Origin: Nitrosopumilus sp.
GTDB taxonomy: Archaea; Thermoproteota; Nitrososphaeria; Nitrososphaerales; Nitrosopumilaceae
DNA length: 64,000 nucleotides
Reading direction: 5' to 3'
Assembly: GCA_965224195.1 (NCBI GenBank)
Contig: OZ245040.1
Coordinates: 896,001-960,000, forward strand
How positions within the stretch are numbered: the first letter of the stretch is position 1; every line of letters starts with the position of its first letter. Positions 30,747-41,239 of the stretch are shown piece after piece. The position numbers were made by a program, and so were the translations under genes. The notes beneath the pieces were generated by a model. It was not told the origin of the DNA. It did not search any database and saw only the letters and a list, made by a program, of their open reading frames with translations.

Positions 30747-31454
30747 TTGGATCCGCTAGTACGCTTCAAAAATGCACATTCTAAGGGAATTATTCCTGAT
30801 GATGTTTTTGATTTAACAATGAAACGATTTCCATTAGCTATTGAAGGAATTAATCGAATTGAAAAAGCATCTGGAATTAGATACCCTATTGCATACGTTG
30901 AACCATCCCTTGTAATTTCATCCCCAAATCCAAATTCATACGAATTTGGAATCTTATTTGCAAGAACCATTCCTATAATGTTTGAAGAAAAATTTCAAGT
31001 TGTTATTCAAATTTCTGCACCTTTGATTGCATATGGTCTAAAGGGAACAATCCATGCAATTTTGGCTCATGAGTTTTTACATTTCTTGGATTTAATGAGA
31101 AAAATCTCCAAAATGGAGTTGTTATCTGATGAAGTTTCTGGAAATTTATTTGAAAATGTTTACAGTGATGAAACTAGGTTGTTTGAACCCCGTGTTGTCT
31201 TTAAAGATCGTACCTTACTAAATCATATTACAAAAAAATTCCCTGCTGGATTTCGTGACTTTAAGCTTGAAGATAAGGTAATGAAATTCTGGGCTGAAAA
31301 AAATCTCCCAAAGACCAATATTTCTTTAGATACTAACACTGTCAAACTATCTGCTGAATCTCTTTCAAAAATAAAACTTGATCCTGCGTTTATTTCAAAA
31401 ATGGAATTATTGAAAGAAAAAAGTTCTAAAATTCATAAAAAACAACTTTACTAA
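30747..31454 (+). CDS. Conserved hypothetical protein with HExxH motif
   Basis: AHEFLH motif; intact 235-aa ORF. Confidence 0.75.
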   Translation: MDPLVRFKNAHSKGIIPDDVFDLTMKRFPLAIEGINRIEKASGIRYPIAYVEPSLVISSPNPNSYEFGILFARTIPIMFEEKFQVVIQISAPLIAYGLKGTIHAILAHEFLHFLDLMRKISKMELLSDEVSGNLFENVYSDETRLFEPRVVFKDRTLLNHITKKFPAGFRDFKLEDKVMKFWAEKNLPKTNISLDTNTVKLSAESLSKIKLDPAFISKMELLKEKSSKIHKKQLY

Positions 31455-31485
31455 AATATTTTATAGGTAATTTTAAAATAATTTT

Positions 31486-31671
31486 TCATTGATTAAATTC
31501 GGTTAAACCACATTTACCGCATGTGTTTCTATCTTTGTGTTGAGCCATGAAAGTTCCTTTACCGCATCTAGAACATACTTTTTTAGTTCTTGATGTTTTG
31601 TCACCTTCAATTTTGTAATAAGATGCAATGCTGGGACTGGAACCTTTTTTACCTTTTTTCTCTACAGGCAT
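31486..31671 (-). CDS. rps27ae: 30S ribosomal protein S27ae
   Basis: CSRCGKGTFMAQHKDRNTCGKCG. Confidence 0.95.
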   Translation of the reverse strand: MPVEKKGKKGSSPSIASYYKIEGDKTSRTKKVCSRCGKGTFMAQHKDRNTCGKCGLTEFNQ

Positions 31672-32087
31672 TATTCAGATTTCTCCTCTTTTTTAGCTTC
31701 TTCAGCTGGTGCTTCTGCTTTAACTTCAGCAGGTGTTTCCTCTTTAGCTTCTTCAGCTGGCGCTTCTGCTTCCTTTGCAGCTGCATCAGCTTCTGCAAGT
31801 TTTGCTTTGGCTTTTTCTAGTCTTGAAAATATTGTTGGATTGATGTGTTTTTTAGCTAATACTTCATCATCATAAACATAGAATGTTCCTGTTATGAGAG
31901 ATTTACCGACTTGAGTTTTTAATCTCATTGGGATGACAACTTTGCCATCTAGTTTGAACTCTTTTGTAATCATATCTACAGCTTCAAGACTTTTGAGTTT
32001 ACCACCTAAACCTGCAAAATTACAAGTTAACTCTCTTCTAGATAGGAAAGAGTTACTGACGTCTGTAATTGTCTCGATTATGGACAT
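31671..32087 (-). CDS. rps24e: 30S ribosomal protein S24e
   Basis: NSFLSRREL motif, adjacency to S27ae and an Ala/Glu tail. Confidence 0.85.
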   Translation of the reverse strand: MSIIETITDVSNSFLSRRELTCNFAGLGGKLKSLEAVDMITKEFKLDGKVVIPMRLKTQVGKSLITGTFYVYDDEVLAKKHINPTIFSRLEKAKAKLAEADAAAKEAEAPAEEAKEETPAEVKAEAPAEEAKKEEKSE

Positions 32088-32124
32088 GTATCAAAAATCT
32101 CTGGATATTTCATATAAACCTTGA

Positions 32125-32730
32125 TTGAAATTGCAGAAGAAATTTAAGAAATTCCCTCAACAGTATATTGTGGAACGCTATTTGTTGCATTTAAAAAATG
32201 AGAAATATTTGCCTCAAAATTGTAGAGAACTAGCACATCTGGCTCGAGATCTTGCATCTGACATGGATGTTTCAGTTAGACTTGCCAGGGTTGCTTCTAA
32301 ATTTATTGAGTTTGATGTTGCTTCAGAAAAAGCAGATCTAGATTCTCTTGTAGAAAGATTGTCCTCAATTGGAGAAATTGATAATGTACGACATGTTGTT
32401 GAAGAACACATAGATAAAGACAAAGGAATCAAGGATGGAATATTTTACTATAACAATGAACGATTTTGGGAATGCCATGAAGCATTTGAAGGTGTTTGGA
32501 ATCAATGTTATGGACGAGAAAAAGAACTTGTTCAGGGGATTATTCTAGTTGCCGTTGCTTTTGCACATCAACAAGAAAATGAAGAAAGTATAGGTATTGG
32601 AATGTTGAAACGAGCTTTGGAAAAACTAGGCACTTCTCCATCTATGTATTATTCAATAGATGTTGATAGGATTAGAAAAAAAGTCGTTGAAATGCAGCAA
32701 GCAAAAAAACTGACTAGATTTGAGATTTAA
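32125..32730 (+). CDS. DUF309 domain protein
   Basis: FWECHEAFEGVW...QGII..A motif. Confidence 0.85.
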   Translation: MKLQKKFKKFPQQYIVERYLLHLKNEKYLPQNCRELAHLARDLASDMDVSVRLARVASKFIEFDVASEKADLDSLVERLSSIGEIDNVRHVVEEHIDKDKGIKDGIFYYNNERFWECHEAFEGVWNQCYGREKELVQGIILVAVAFAHQQENEESIGIGMLKRALEKLGTSPSMYYSIDVDRIRKKVVEMQQAKKLTRFEI

Positions 32731-34000
32731 TCAATTCTAAAGCTTTTGAAACAACTTCGGCTCCTTGAAGCAATCCTATGTTTCCTTTTTTGGCTTGTTC
32801 CTCTGTCATTCTAGTTGTTCCATCGTTTTTGATAAAATCACCTGAAACAAGAACTGGAACTGGATCATCACTATGTCCTTTGTTAATACATGGAGTTGAG
32901 TGATCTGCAGAAATTATTATTGCAACTTTGCTAGAGTCAATATTATCTACAAGTGTTTTAAAGAATCTTTGATCAATTTCTTCAATATTTTTCATTTTTC
33001 CAATTGCGTCCCCGTCGTGACCAAATTCATCTGGCCCTTTAAGGTGCACATAAATTGAATTTTGAGTTTCCATTGCCTTTGCAGCGACTTTTGCTTTTTC
33101 TTCATAATCTGTTAATCCTCCAGCTTCAAATGCTTTCATTTTTAGAACTTCTGAAATTCCAAGTTCTACTGGCATATCTACTATACATGAAAAATTCATT
33201 CCATATTTTTCATTAATTGGAATAACGTCTGGATATTTGTTTCCTGCATCTCTTAACAAAATACAACTAAGTTGTTTTTTATTTTCCTCTTGTCTTTTTT
33301 TGTTAATTTGACTGTTCTTCATAATTTCAATTGATTTTTCTGAAAATTCATTTACTAAATTTGCAGTAAATTTTGAATCTTCAGTATCTTCTAATGGCAA
33401 ACATTTTTCAATTTTAAGAAAGTCTCCAACAGCTTTTGCAACCCCCATGCCTCCGATATTACTATAGGCTGGATCTGTGTTAGTGATTTTTGAAGATAAT
33501 TTTTGAGATTCTTTTCTAATTCTTACTGTTACTCTATGCCCTATTGTTGGTGCTACTACTACTGAAATGTCTGGAGATGCTAATTTGATTTTTTCTTCAA
33601 TTTCTTTTGCAATTCCATCTGCATCTTCTTTTTCAATATGTCTTCCTGCTCTTCTATCGATAATTATCTCTTCATCATTTAATGTAGAATAATTTCCTCG
33701 AAGAGCCAAGTCGCCATCTTTAAAATTAATACCTACACCTATTGCCTCAATTACTCCCCTGCCTGCATAGTCTGCATGTCTGAATTTGTATCCTAACATA
33801 TTGAATACTGCAATATCTGATTCTGGAGCAATTCCTTTTCCAACTGAAATGACTTCTCCAATAGTACCATTACTGGCAATTTTGTCTAATGTTGGAGTAT
33901 TTGCAGCCTGTAATGGTGTTTTTCCATCTAAATCAGGATGTGGAAGATCTCCTACTCCGTCTAAAAGAACATAGATCATATGAACATCAGAATTATCCAA
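32714..34000 (-). CDS. apgM: 2,3-bisphosphoglycerate-independent phosphoglycerate mutase
   Basis: LDGVGD, PESDIA, KGPDEFGHDGD and ADHSTP motifs. Confidence 0.93.
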   Translation of the reverse strand: MDNSDVHMIYVLLDGVGDLPHPDLDGKTPLQAANTPTLDKIASNGTIGEVISVGKGIAPESDIAVFNMLGYKFRHADYAGRGVIEAIGVGINFKDGDLALRGNYSTLNDEEIIIDRRAGRHIEKEDADGIAKEIEEKIKLASPDISVVVAPTIGHRVTVRIRKESQKLSSKITNTDPAYSNIGGMGVAKAVGDFLKIEKCLPLEDTEDSKFTANLVNEFSEKSIEIMKNSQINKKRQEENKKQLSCILLRDAGNKYPDVIPINEKYGMNFSCIVDMPVELGISEVLKMKAFEAGGLTDYEEKAKVAAKAMETQNSIYVHLKGPDEFGHDGDAIGKMKNIEEIDQRFFKTLVDNIDSSKVAIIISADHSTPCINKGHSDDPVPVLVSGDFIKNDGTTRMTEEQAKKGNIGLLQGAEVVSKALELIKSQI

Positions 34001-34232
34001 AACAGTCTCTGTTTATTCAAAATCCGATGCTCTGTTTTAAATCTTGCAACAAATTTTGCGATCAAAATAAAACAACAGTTCATGAAATTTTTAACTAAAC
34101 TTTTTCATTAGATTTTTTGATGAAAATGGGATTTTCTTAATTTTTTAAAATAAAATTGAATAATTATTTTTAAAATTAATTTGTATAGATTTAGTAAACG
34201 TTTTAACATACATTTTACTTCAATTAACCATT

Positions 34233-35249
34233 ATGGGGGACATGCGCAAAGATTATGTTTCTGAGCGTTTTATGATTGTCTCAAAAAAAGGCGACAAAGT
34301 CATTGATCATAAAAAATCCCCATTTGCCCTTGGCAACGAAGCTATGACAAATCCTTCTGTTTTGTCTCTCGTTGAAAAAGACGGAATGTTGCAACGTCTT
34401 CAAGATAGTGATGATGATTATGTTAAAAATTGGGCTATACGCGTTTTTGAAAGTAAAAACCCTATTGTCTCAATTGAAACAGAAAATTCTTACAGTGATA
34501 AACCGTTTTACAGTGAACCTGCATATGGCTACCATTACATTGTAGTTGCATCTCCAAATGAAAAAGATTCATTTGCAACAATAGATCCTGAACAGTGGTC
34601 CAATGTACTAGTTGTCGTTCAAGATAGATTACGGTGGCTTTACACGCAAAAAGGTGTAACTTATGTTGCAATTTACGGTGATCATGGTGATTTAGCAGGT
34701 GATTCAAACCCTCATCCTCACCTTAACCTTCTGACCTTTTCAACCATTCCTCCTGTGATTGAGTCTGAGGCAGAAGCGTCTCATAAAATACTGAATGAAA
34801 AAGGCGTTTGCCCAATGTGCCAGACCATAAATGAAGAAATCGGTGGTCCGAGACAGGTTCTTCAAACTGAAGGATTTATTGCATATTGTCCATGGGCTCC
34901 TTCATATCCTTATGAATTCTGGATTTCTCCAAAAAAACATAATACTAGTTTCTCAAAAATAAGTCAAAAAGACATTAATGATTTATCATTAATTTTAAGA
35001 TCAACTCTTGGGGGATTATCAAAAACCGTAAAGAACGTATCATACAATTTGGTTTTTCATCTTTCTCCTGAAAAGAAAAATAGCCGACAAATTCATTGGC
35101 ATATTGAAATTTATCCAATTACAAAATCTTGGTCTGGATTAGAACGTGGGTATGGTATTTTCTTAAATGATGTGTCCCCTGAACAATCTGCAGAAAAACT
35201 TGGAGCAGCTTGCAGAAAAGAATTAGCCAGCCTAGTTGGCATTATATGA
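34233..35249 (+). CDS. galT: Galactose-1-phosphate uridylyltransferase family protein
   Basis: HPH motif, CPMC and HWHIEIYP..GLERG. Confidence 0.8.
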   Translation: MGDMRKDYVSERFMIVSKKGDKVIDHKKSPFALGNEAMTNPSVLSLVEKDGMLQRLQDSDDDYVKNWAIRVFESKNPIVSIETENSYSDKPFYSEPAYGYHYIVVASPNEKDSFATIDPEQWSNVLVVVQDRLRWLYTQKGVTYVAIYGDHGDLAGDSNPHPHLNLLTFSTIPPVIESEAEASHKILNEKGVCPMCQTINEEIGGPRQVLQTEGFIAYCPWAPSYPYEFWISPKKHNTSFSKISQKDINDLSLILRSTLGGLSKTVKNVSYNLVFHLSPEKKNSRQIHWHIEIYPITKSWSGLERGYGIFLNDVSPEQSAEKLGAACRKELASLVGII

Positions 35250-35291
35250 TTTTTTGAATGGTTTATTTATCAACTAAAATCTGTTAAATTT

Positions 35292-35732
35292 ATGGCAATA
35301 GAAAAATGGCTTGCAGTCACCAGTCTTGGATTATTTGCAATGTTTGCTGGTGAAATGATTTCTGTTTATTATTTTATGACTGATGTTCCTGAAGCTATAG
35401 AGTTTTCAATAATATTTGATGCTGATCCAAAAATATTTCAATTCATTTCCATTGGTGTTGCACCAGCTGCAATACTAGCTGCTGTTCCTTATATTATGAC
35501 AAGACACTATGGCTCTAAGCCTATAGGTGGATTGATTGCTGCAGGTGGAGTGATTATGTTGATAGGAATGTTTGTCACTTATTCTCTAATTGATAAAATT
35601 GATGCCGCCTATATCACAGATGTTGTAAAGTATTCTCCTATACTGTTCATGATATTGTCAATCCCCGTGATTGCTGTTGGTGTATACCTAACAAAAGAAA
35701 AAAAGCGACGCCCAAAAAGAGAATTTTTCTAA
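35292..35732 (+). CDS. Four-TM hypothetical membrane protein
   Basis: Four hydrophobic segments. Confidence 0.7.
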   Translation: MAIEKWLAVTSLGLFAMFAGEMISVYYFMTDVPEAIEFSIIFDADPKIFQFISIGVAPAAILAAVPYIMTRHYGSKPIGGLIAAGGVIMLIGMFVTYSLIDKIDAAYITDVVKYSPILFMILSIPVIAVGVYLTKEKKRRPKREFF

Positions 35733-36166
35733 ACATTATCTAATCTTAATTCATTAGCTACTTGTTTAAAACCTAATTTTTCATAAAATGGTTTCACATC
35801 GTCTGTACAATCCAAAATTGTCTTGTAACAGCCACGATTTTTCGCAATTTCGATAAGATAGTTCATTATTTTCTCACCAATTTTTTGACCATGATGTTCT
35901 TTATTCACTACTACATCCTCAATATGGCCAACCAAGCCTCCATCATGAATGAATTTAGTTTCTATGAGCAGTGTCGTGGACCCTACAATTTTCCCATCTA
36001 ATTCTGCAACTGCTATGATATGATCTGGATTGGCATTAATTTTTTCAAAAATCTCTTTTGCTTTAGATTTTTCAATATTGCTTGCTTGTTTTAATGAGTC
36101 AAGTGATTTTAGGAAACCATTCCAAAGGTCTGCTTCTTTTAATTCTCTAATTATTACATCGCTCAT
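35729..36166 (-). CDS. GNAT acetyltransferase, glucosamine-6-phosphate N-acetyltransferase-like
   Basis: KFIH.GG.VGHIEDVVV and GCYKTILDC motifs. Confidence 0.88.
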   Translation of the reverse strand: MSDVIIRELKEADLWNGFLKSLDSLKQASNIEKSKAKEIFEKINANPDHIIAVAELDGKIVGSTTLLIETKFIHDGGLVGHIEDVVVNKEHHGQKIGEKIMNYLIEIAKNRGCYKTILDCTDDVKPFYEKLGFKQVANELRLDNV

Positions 36167-36864
36167 TTTTTTCCTCGTTTTTGAGTATGTTCTTTAGATG
36201 CTTTTTCATATGATGCTTTGTTTCCTATGTCTGTAAATTCATTTTTTGTAATGAAACTGCTAACTAATTTTTTATTGGTCATGGCCTTTTTAATAACGTC
36301 ATCCATCCCATATGGTTTATTTTTTGGAATTAGACTGAACACCCTTGGCTCCATTACATAACAACCCATGTTTACATTTGCCTTTATCTCTGGCTTTTCT
36401 TTCCAACTTAACACCTTACCTGTTTTTGACACATCTATTACTCCGTATTCTAAATTAGTTTTGTATTCGTTCAGACTCATAGTAACAAATGCTCTTTTTG
36501 CTTTGTGTTGCTTTATCATGTTTCTCAGACTAAAATCAAATATTGAATCTCCATACATGCAAACAAAAGTATCATCAATGAATTCTTCTGCAGTTTTTAG
36601 TTGACCTGCAGTAGCAAGTGGTTTATTTGAAATTGCATATTCTATGTTTACTCCAAAATTTTCTCCGTCCCCAAAATAATCCTCAATTGTTTTTCGAAGA
36701 TGACTTACACACAAAACAATTGATTTTACTCCGTTTTTTTTATTCCAATCAATGAGATGCTCTAAAATTGGTTTTTTACCTAATGGTAACATGGGTTTTG
36801 GAGTTTTCTTTGTCAATGGAAGTAATCTGGTACCTAGTCCTCCTGCTAAAATTACTGCCTTCAC
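36163..36864 (-). CDS. Sugar-phosphate nucleotidyltransferase
   Basis: ILAGGLGTRLLPLT..PKPML motif. Confidence 0.9.
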   Translation of the reverse strand: MKAVILAGGLGTRLLPLTKKTPKPMLPLGKKPILEHLIDWNKKNGVKSIVLCVSHLRKTIEDYFGDGENFGVNIEYAISNKPLATAGQLKTAEEFIDDTFVCMYGDSIFDFSLRNMIKQHKAKRAFVTMSLNEYKTNLEYGVIDVSKTGKVLSWKEKPEIKANVNMGCYVMEPRVFSLIPKNKPYGMDDVIKKAMTNKKLVSSFITKNEFTDIGNKASYEKASKEHTQKRGKK

Positions 36865-36919
36865 AAATGCTATTTGAGATGTGACTATTTATGTTCGAGG
36901 ATGTTTTTAGACTAGAATT

Positions 36920-38221
36920 TTATCCTACAATTTTTGATAATTTTTTTAAAATACTTTTTGGTTTATCTCCAAAAATTATTATCATGGGCTCTTTCCCAAA
37001 ATCCCCCTTGTGAAAAATTATGTCTGGAGGTAATTTTAAATTTTTTATTGCATTACTAATTCCCCACTCTACTGATGATCCTTTAATTTTCACATCGCTG
37101 GGTTCTTTAACTCTGTCATAACTAGATGCTGAAAATTTTGATTTTTTAATTTTAGAAATTATTGATCTTTCATATTTTAAATTTATTGCAGATTGAATAT
37201 TTGGGAATTTTTTATTTACAACAAGTAATGCTGTGGCAACATGTTTTGATCCTCCATACGTTAGATTGCCTGCAACTATGACTTCTTTTCCTGCTTTCAC
37301 GATTCTTCCTGATAATCCTAAAATATCTTTTGTAGATTTGGGTTTTGGTTTTGAATATACAAAATTTGTCTGACATTCAGGAATGTTTTTGTATATATTT
37401 TTTATTTTTACAAATTCGTTAATTGACTGAGATAACTCTGAATTTATCATGTCTTTTTTCTGAATGTTTGTTATCCTGATTCCCTTTCCAACTTTTATTG
37501 AATTTTTAATTGAGTCTTGAGCAAATTCTTTTGCAAATTTTACTGATTCACGAATTGTTTTTTTGTTTGAAATTGCAAAGATTATTGCGGCTGAATAATT
37601 ACACCCACTTCCATGGTTTGTACTACTAATTTTGTCTCCTGAAATCAGATATTTTGCATTTTTTTCTAGGACAAAATCTATTATCTTGTTATTTTTTCCT
37701 TCAATTCCTGTAATCACCACATTTTTTGCTCCCATTTTTTGGATATTTTTCGCAATTTTTTCTATTGTATTTTTAGAATTAACCTTTGATTTTGATAATA
37801 TTTCAGCCTCAAATTTGTTCGGAGTGATAACTGTTGCAAGTGGAATTATATATTTTTGAAAATCTTTAATTGCCTTATTTTCTATCAGTGCCCCACCTGT
37901 TGTTGATTTAATAACTGGGTCTACAACAATTGGGATTTTTAATTTTTTTAATTGTTGATACAGTGTTTTAATTATTTCAGAATTAAACACCATTCCAATT
38001 TTTATCCCATCAATTTTAAAATCGGTAAATACTGATTCAAGTTGGTTTTTCAGTATTCTTTTTGACACTGCTTCAATCATTCCAAAGCTAGAAGTATTTT
38101 GTCCTGTGATTGCAGTGATAACTGTTAACCCATATGCGCCAAACTCTGAAAATGATTTCACATCACTTTGAATTCCAGCGCCTGATGATGGATCAGAACC
38201 TCCGATTGAAAGTAGATTCAT
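36920..38221 (-). CDS. thiD: Phosphomethylpyrimidine kinase / thiamine-phosphate synthase fusion (ThiDN)
   Basis: GSDPSSGAGIQSD and HGSGC motifs; ThiN domain IPECQTNF..GGSKHVA..GKEPM. Confidence 0.92.
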   Translation of the reverse strand: MNLLSIGGSDPSSGAGIQSDVKSFSEFGAYGLTVITAITGQNTSSFGMIEAVSKRILKNQLESVFTDFKIDGIKIGMVFNSEIIKTLYQQLKKLKIPIVVDPVIKSTTGGALIENKAIKDFQKYIIPLATVITPNKFEAEILSKSKVNSKNTIEKIAKNIQKMGAKNVVITGIEGKNNKIIDFVLEKNAKYLISGDKISSTNHGSGCNYSAAIIFAISNKKTIRESVKFAKEFAQDSIKNSIKVGKGIRITNIQKKDMINSELSQSINEFVKIKNIYKNIPECQTNFVYSKPKPKSTKDILGLSGRIVKAGKEVIVAGNLTYGGSKHVATALLVVNKKFPNIQSAINLKYERSIISKIKKSKFSASSYDRVKEPSDVKIKGSSVEWGISNAIKNLKLPPDIIFHKGDFGKEPMIIIFGDKPKSILKKLSKIVG

Positions 38222-38330
38222 TATATTTTCTTATTTCATAGCACTAATCTGTATTTCCATTTTAGGTATGTTTTTTCTAATATCTATTTTATACTTGAAC
38301 TCCTATCTTTTTTTGATGACAAAAATTTTC

Positions 38331-38507
38331 ATGGCAGATGATGTTACCCCTGATACTTTACAGTGTACCACTTGCTTGTTGCCAATGCAGTATCAAACAA
38401 TTAAGGATGATAAATTTCTCTGGCAATGTTTCAAATGTGGAAAGCAGTATCTTATTTCAAAAAATATGGATGACACCATGGAGGAGAGTTGGAGTCCGCC
38501 GAGATAA
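38331..38507 (+). CDS. Small zinc-finger protein
   Basis: CTTC...WQCFKCG. Confidence 0.5.
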   Translation: MADDVTPDTLQCTTCLLPMQYQTIKDDKFLWQCFKCGKQYLISKNMDDTMEESWSPPR

Positions 38508-38607
38508 TGGATGTATCTGAATTAGATTCTTTAAAATCTGAAAACCAAAAACTTTGAAATTACATCACTTTAGTTTGATCAATTCGATAAAAAATTCCTT
38601 TTTGATG

Positions 38608-41232
38608 TTAGGTAGGAATTTTGAATGACTTTCCATCCAGCTGTGCACGATCTATCCCTTCCTCGTTTGAATAATATTCATTTTTTAGTAACGGAATCCC
38701 GTTATCAAAATTAAGAATATCAGACAACTTTGCAGAGCCATGAGAATTTTTAATGTTTACTGTAAACTTGGAAAGTATACTACTCCAAATCTTGGTATTA
38801 ATTTTCTTATCAATATGTCCTCCTTGAAAGTTCTTAAGAAATTCATTATACATTTTCCAGATCTGCCTACCTGAAACTTTCTCGCAGGATTGACCTTTAT
38901 GTTGAATAAATTTTAATTCAGATTCTGTAAAATTATCTTCATCTTTTGGAACATCAGCATCAATAATTAAAGAGATTGAATCTTGTTTTATGACATCCAC
39001 CTTGTTAAGTTCTTCAAAATCTAAATGTCGTATGCCTTTTTTAACAACACCAAGTGAAGATGCTTTTATCATGTCGTTGTCTCGGGTTTTTATATGCTCC
39101 AATACTTTGTTGTAATAATCATCAAAATTTCTTTTTTCTAGAAAACCTTGCACCAGTTTAGGCGTATTAAAATCGTCTCCAAGGATTGTTTTCCAGCGGT
39201 GAGAGTCTGCATAAATGAAGCTTGCTGCTTGCTTTTGCCCTTCCTTTAAATTGGTAACAATCAGTTTTGCAGTGTTTTTTTGATTATTCGAATTGCGATT
39301 GATTCTACCTGCAATTTGTTCAATAGAATCAAAAATTGCAAAATCCCTAATTCCGAAATCACAGTCTATGTCTACTCCTGCCTCCACACTTTGTGTGGAA
39401 ATTAAAATTACCTTACCACTAGCATTCATTTTTCCTATGATCTCTTTTCGTCTATGTGGCAGAATTGTTGAATTTAGAAGATATGGATAAAAGCCCATAC
39501 TTGATATTTTTTTGTCTTTTTTTATTTTTTTGTACAATTCCAGAGAAGTTTGAATGGTGTTAACAACCAACAGTATCTTGTTCATGTCATCATTGAGTTC
39601 ATCATTTAATACATTCAATAATTGTTCCAGATCATTAACATTCTGTCTGTATTGAATGGATACGCGATTTTTAAATAATGGAAGATCAGAGTATCTGTTA
39701 GAGTTAATCAGATTCAAGGCAAGGTCAGACTCTTTTGTATCAGATAAAGCATCAAGTCTTGGTAGTGTTGCACTCATGATAATAAAGTAAATGTTAAGAT
39801 ATTTGGAACCATACATTATAAGATCGTTGAAGAGTGTCCAATCCTTGTCATTTAGGCTCTGAATTTCATCTATGACCACAATAGAGTTGGCCAAATTAAC
39901 AAGACGGTAATTACTAGTTTTTCCTGATTTTACAAAGGTGTTAAAAAAATTCACATTACTCATAACAACAAATTCATGATTAAGAAACTCATTATCAATT
40001 ACATATTGTAGACGTTCCTCGTCTTTTTCTGATTCAACATTCCAAGCAGATGAGGAATAGATAGATGATAATTCCTTATCCAAACAAAATGTTTTTTTTA
40101 TCACATCGTGGTTTTGCTCAATTATATTGATGAATGGAAATATGTAAAAGACTCTCTTTATGTTATTCTTTGATTTTAGCAAGGTAAGAGCAAGTTTAAG
40201 GGAAATGTTTGTCTTGCCACCACCTGTAGGAATATTTAGATAAAATACCTTTTGCTCTGGGTGGTTTGATATGGCATTCTCAAGTTCGCAGTCAGTTTCT
40301 AAAAGTATTCTTGTCCTTAATTCATTCAAATCATCAATATCAGAAATATTTGAATCAATTGTATTTTTGGAATGTTTGCTAGTGCGTAGATTTTTATTGA
40401 AATCATAATTGTAAAAGTTCTTTTCACATCTTTTAACCAAGTCTGATGTTATCACAGAGATTTTATCAAAGTAAGAAATATTTTGTATAAAATCACTAGT
40501 AGCATAATAATCACTTGTAATCAAAAGGGAGTAAACTGTTTTGTAAAGATAAAACAGGGATTCTTGTTTTTCTTCAGTATCATAAACATTTCGAATATCA
40601 TCTTTATTTTTATTTTTGAAATTATAAGCATCACAAAAATTTTTTACGGGTGGAAGGTCTTGACAGTCAATGAAAAAAGTATGAGAAATTGTGTTTAAAT
40701 CATCTAATTCTTTTTGAATTGTGTTGTAAGAGATTGTATTGGCACACATTTTTTTGTAAAGAAAGTCAATATCTCTTAATGCTGTATGGTGTCTATCTAT
40801 TGTTTGGGACAAAAGAAAAAAAAGAATTTGACATTTTGTGTCATGGAATTTGTCGTAAAAATCCTTAAAAAATAAATGATCAAATAATATTTTACCATAA
40901 AAAGAATGATTAGAATTGAGATTTTCTATATTGATACATAAATCATTTCTCATCTTTTCTTTCTGAAAAATAGGATTAATCTTACCTAGATCATGATAAT
41001 AAATAATAGACCTAATCAACTCAAGAATATCGGATGTTGGGGTGTCAGGTACTAGCTTTGACAAAATACCATTAAAATTTTCTTTTAGTGATAACGTGTC
41101 AATTAAATGATTACAGTATTTCAATGTCTTCTCCGAATGTTCAATTAGTGTTTCCGAATTTTTGTTACTTGAAGTATGTGCAAAAATTTTGTTGCAATAT
41201 TCAGGTTTTAATATCTGGTTGTATGTTTTCAT
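38608..41232 (-). CDS. cas3: CRISPR-associated HD nuclease/helicase Cas3
   Basis: ETLIEHS, YYHDLGK, PTGGGKT, IDEIQ, MSAT and QIAGRINR motifs. Confidence 0.95.
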   Translation of the reverse strand: MKTYNQILKPEYCNKIFAHTSSNKNSETLIEHSEKTLKYCNHLIDTLSLKENFNGILSKLVPDTPTSDILELIRSIIYYHDLGKINPIFQKEKMRNDLCINIENLNSNHSFYGKILFDHLFFKDFYDKFHDTKCQILFFLLSQTIDRHHTALRDIDFLYKKMCANTISYNTIQKELDDLNTISHTFFIDCQDLPPVKNFCDAYNFKNKNKDDIRNVYDTEEKQESLFYLYKTVYSLLITSDYYATSDFIQNISYFDKISVITSDLVKRCEKNFYNYDFNKNLRTSKHSKNTIDSNISDIDDLNELRTRILLETDCELENAISNHPEQKVFYLNIPTGGGKTNISLKLALTLLKSKNNIKRVFYIFPFINIIEQNHDVIKKTFCLDKELSSIYSSSAWNVESEKDEERLQYVIDNEFLNHEFVVMSNVNFFNTFVKSGKTSNYRLVNLANSIVVIDEIQSLNDKDWTLFNDLIMYGSKYLNIYFIIMSATLPRLDALSDTKESDLALNLINSNRYSDLPLFKNRVSIQYRQNVNDLEQLLNVLNDELNDDMNKILLVVNTIQTSLELYKKIKKDKKISSMGFYPYLLNSTILPHRRKEIIGKMNASGKVILISTQSVEAGVDIDCDFGIRDFAIFDSIEQIAGRINRNSNNQKNTAKLIVTNLKEGQKQAASFIYADSHRWKTILGDDFNTPKLVQGFLEKRNFDDYYNKVLEHIKTRDNDMIKASSLGVVKKGIRHLDFEELNKVDVIKQDSISLIIDADVPKDEDNFTESELKFIQHKGQSCEKVSGRQIWKMYNEFLKNFQGGHIDKKINTKIWSSILSKFTVNIKNSHGSAKLSDILNFDNGIPLLKNEYYSNEEGIDRAQLDGKSFKIPT

Positions 41233-41239
41233 TGTTGTA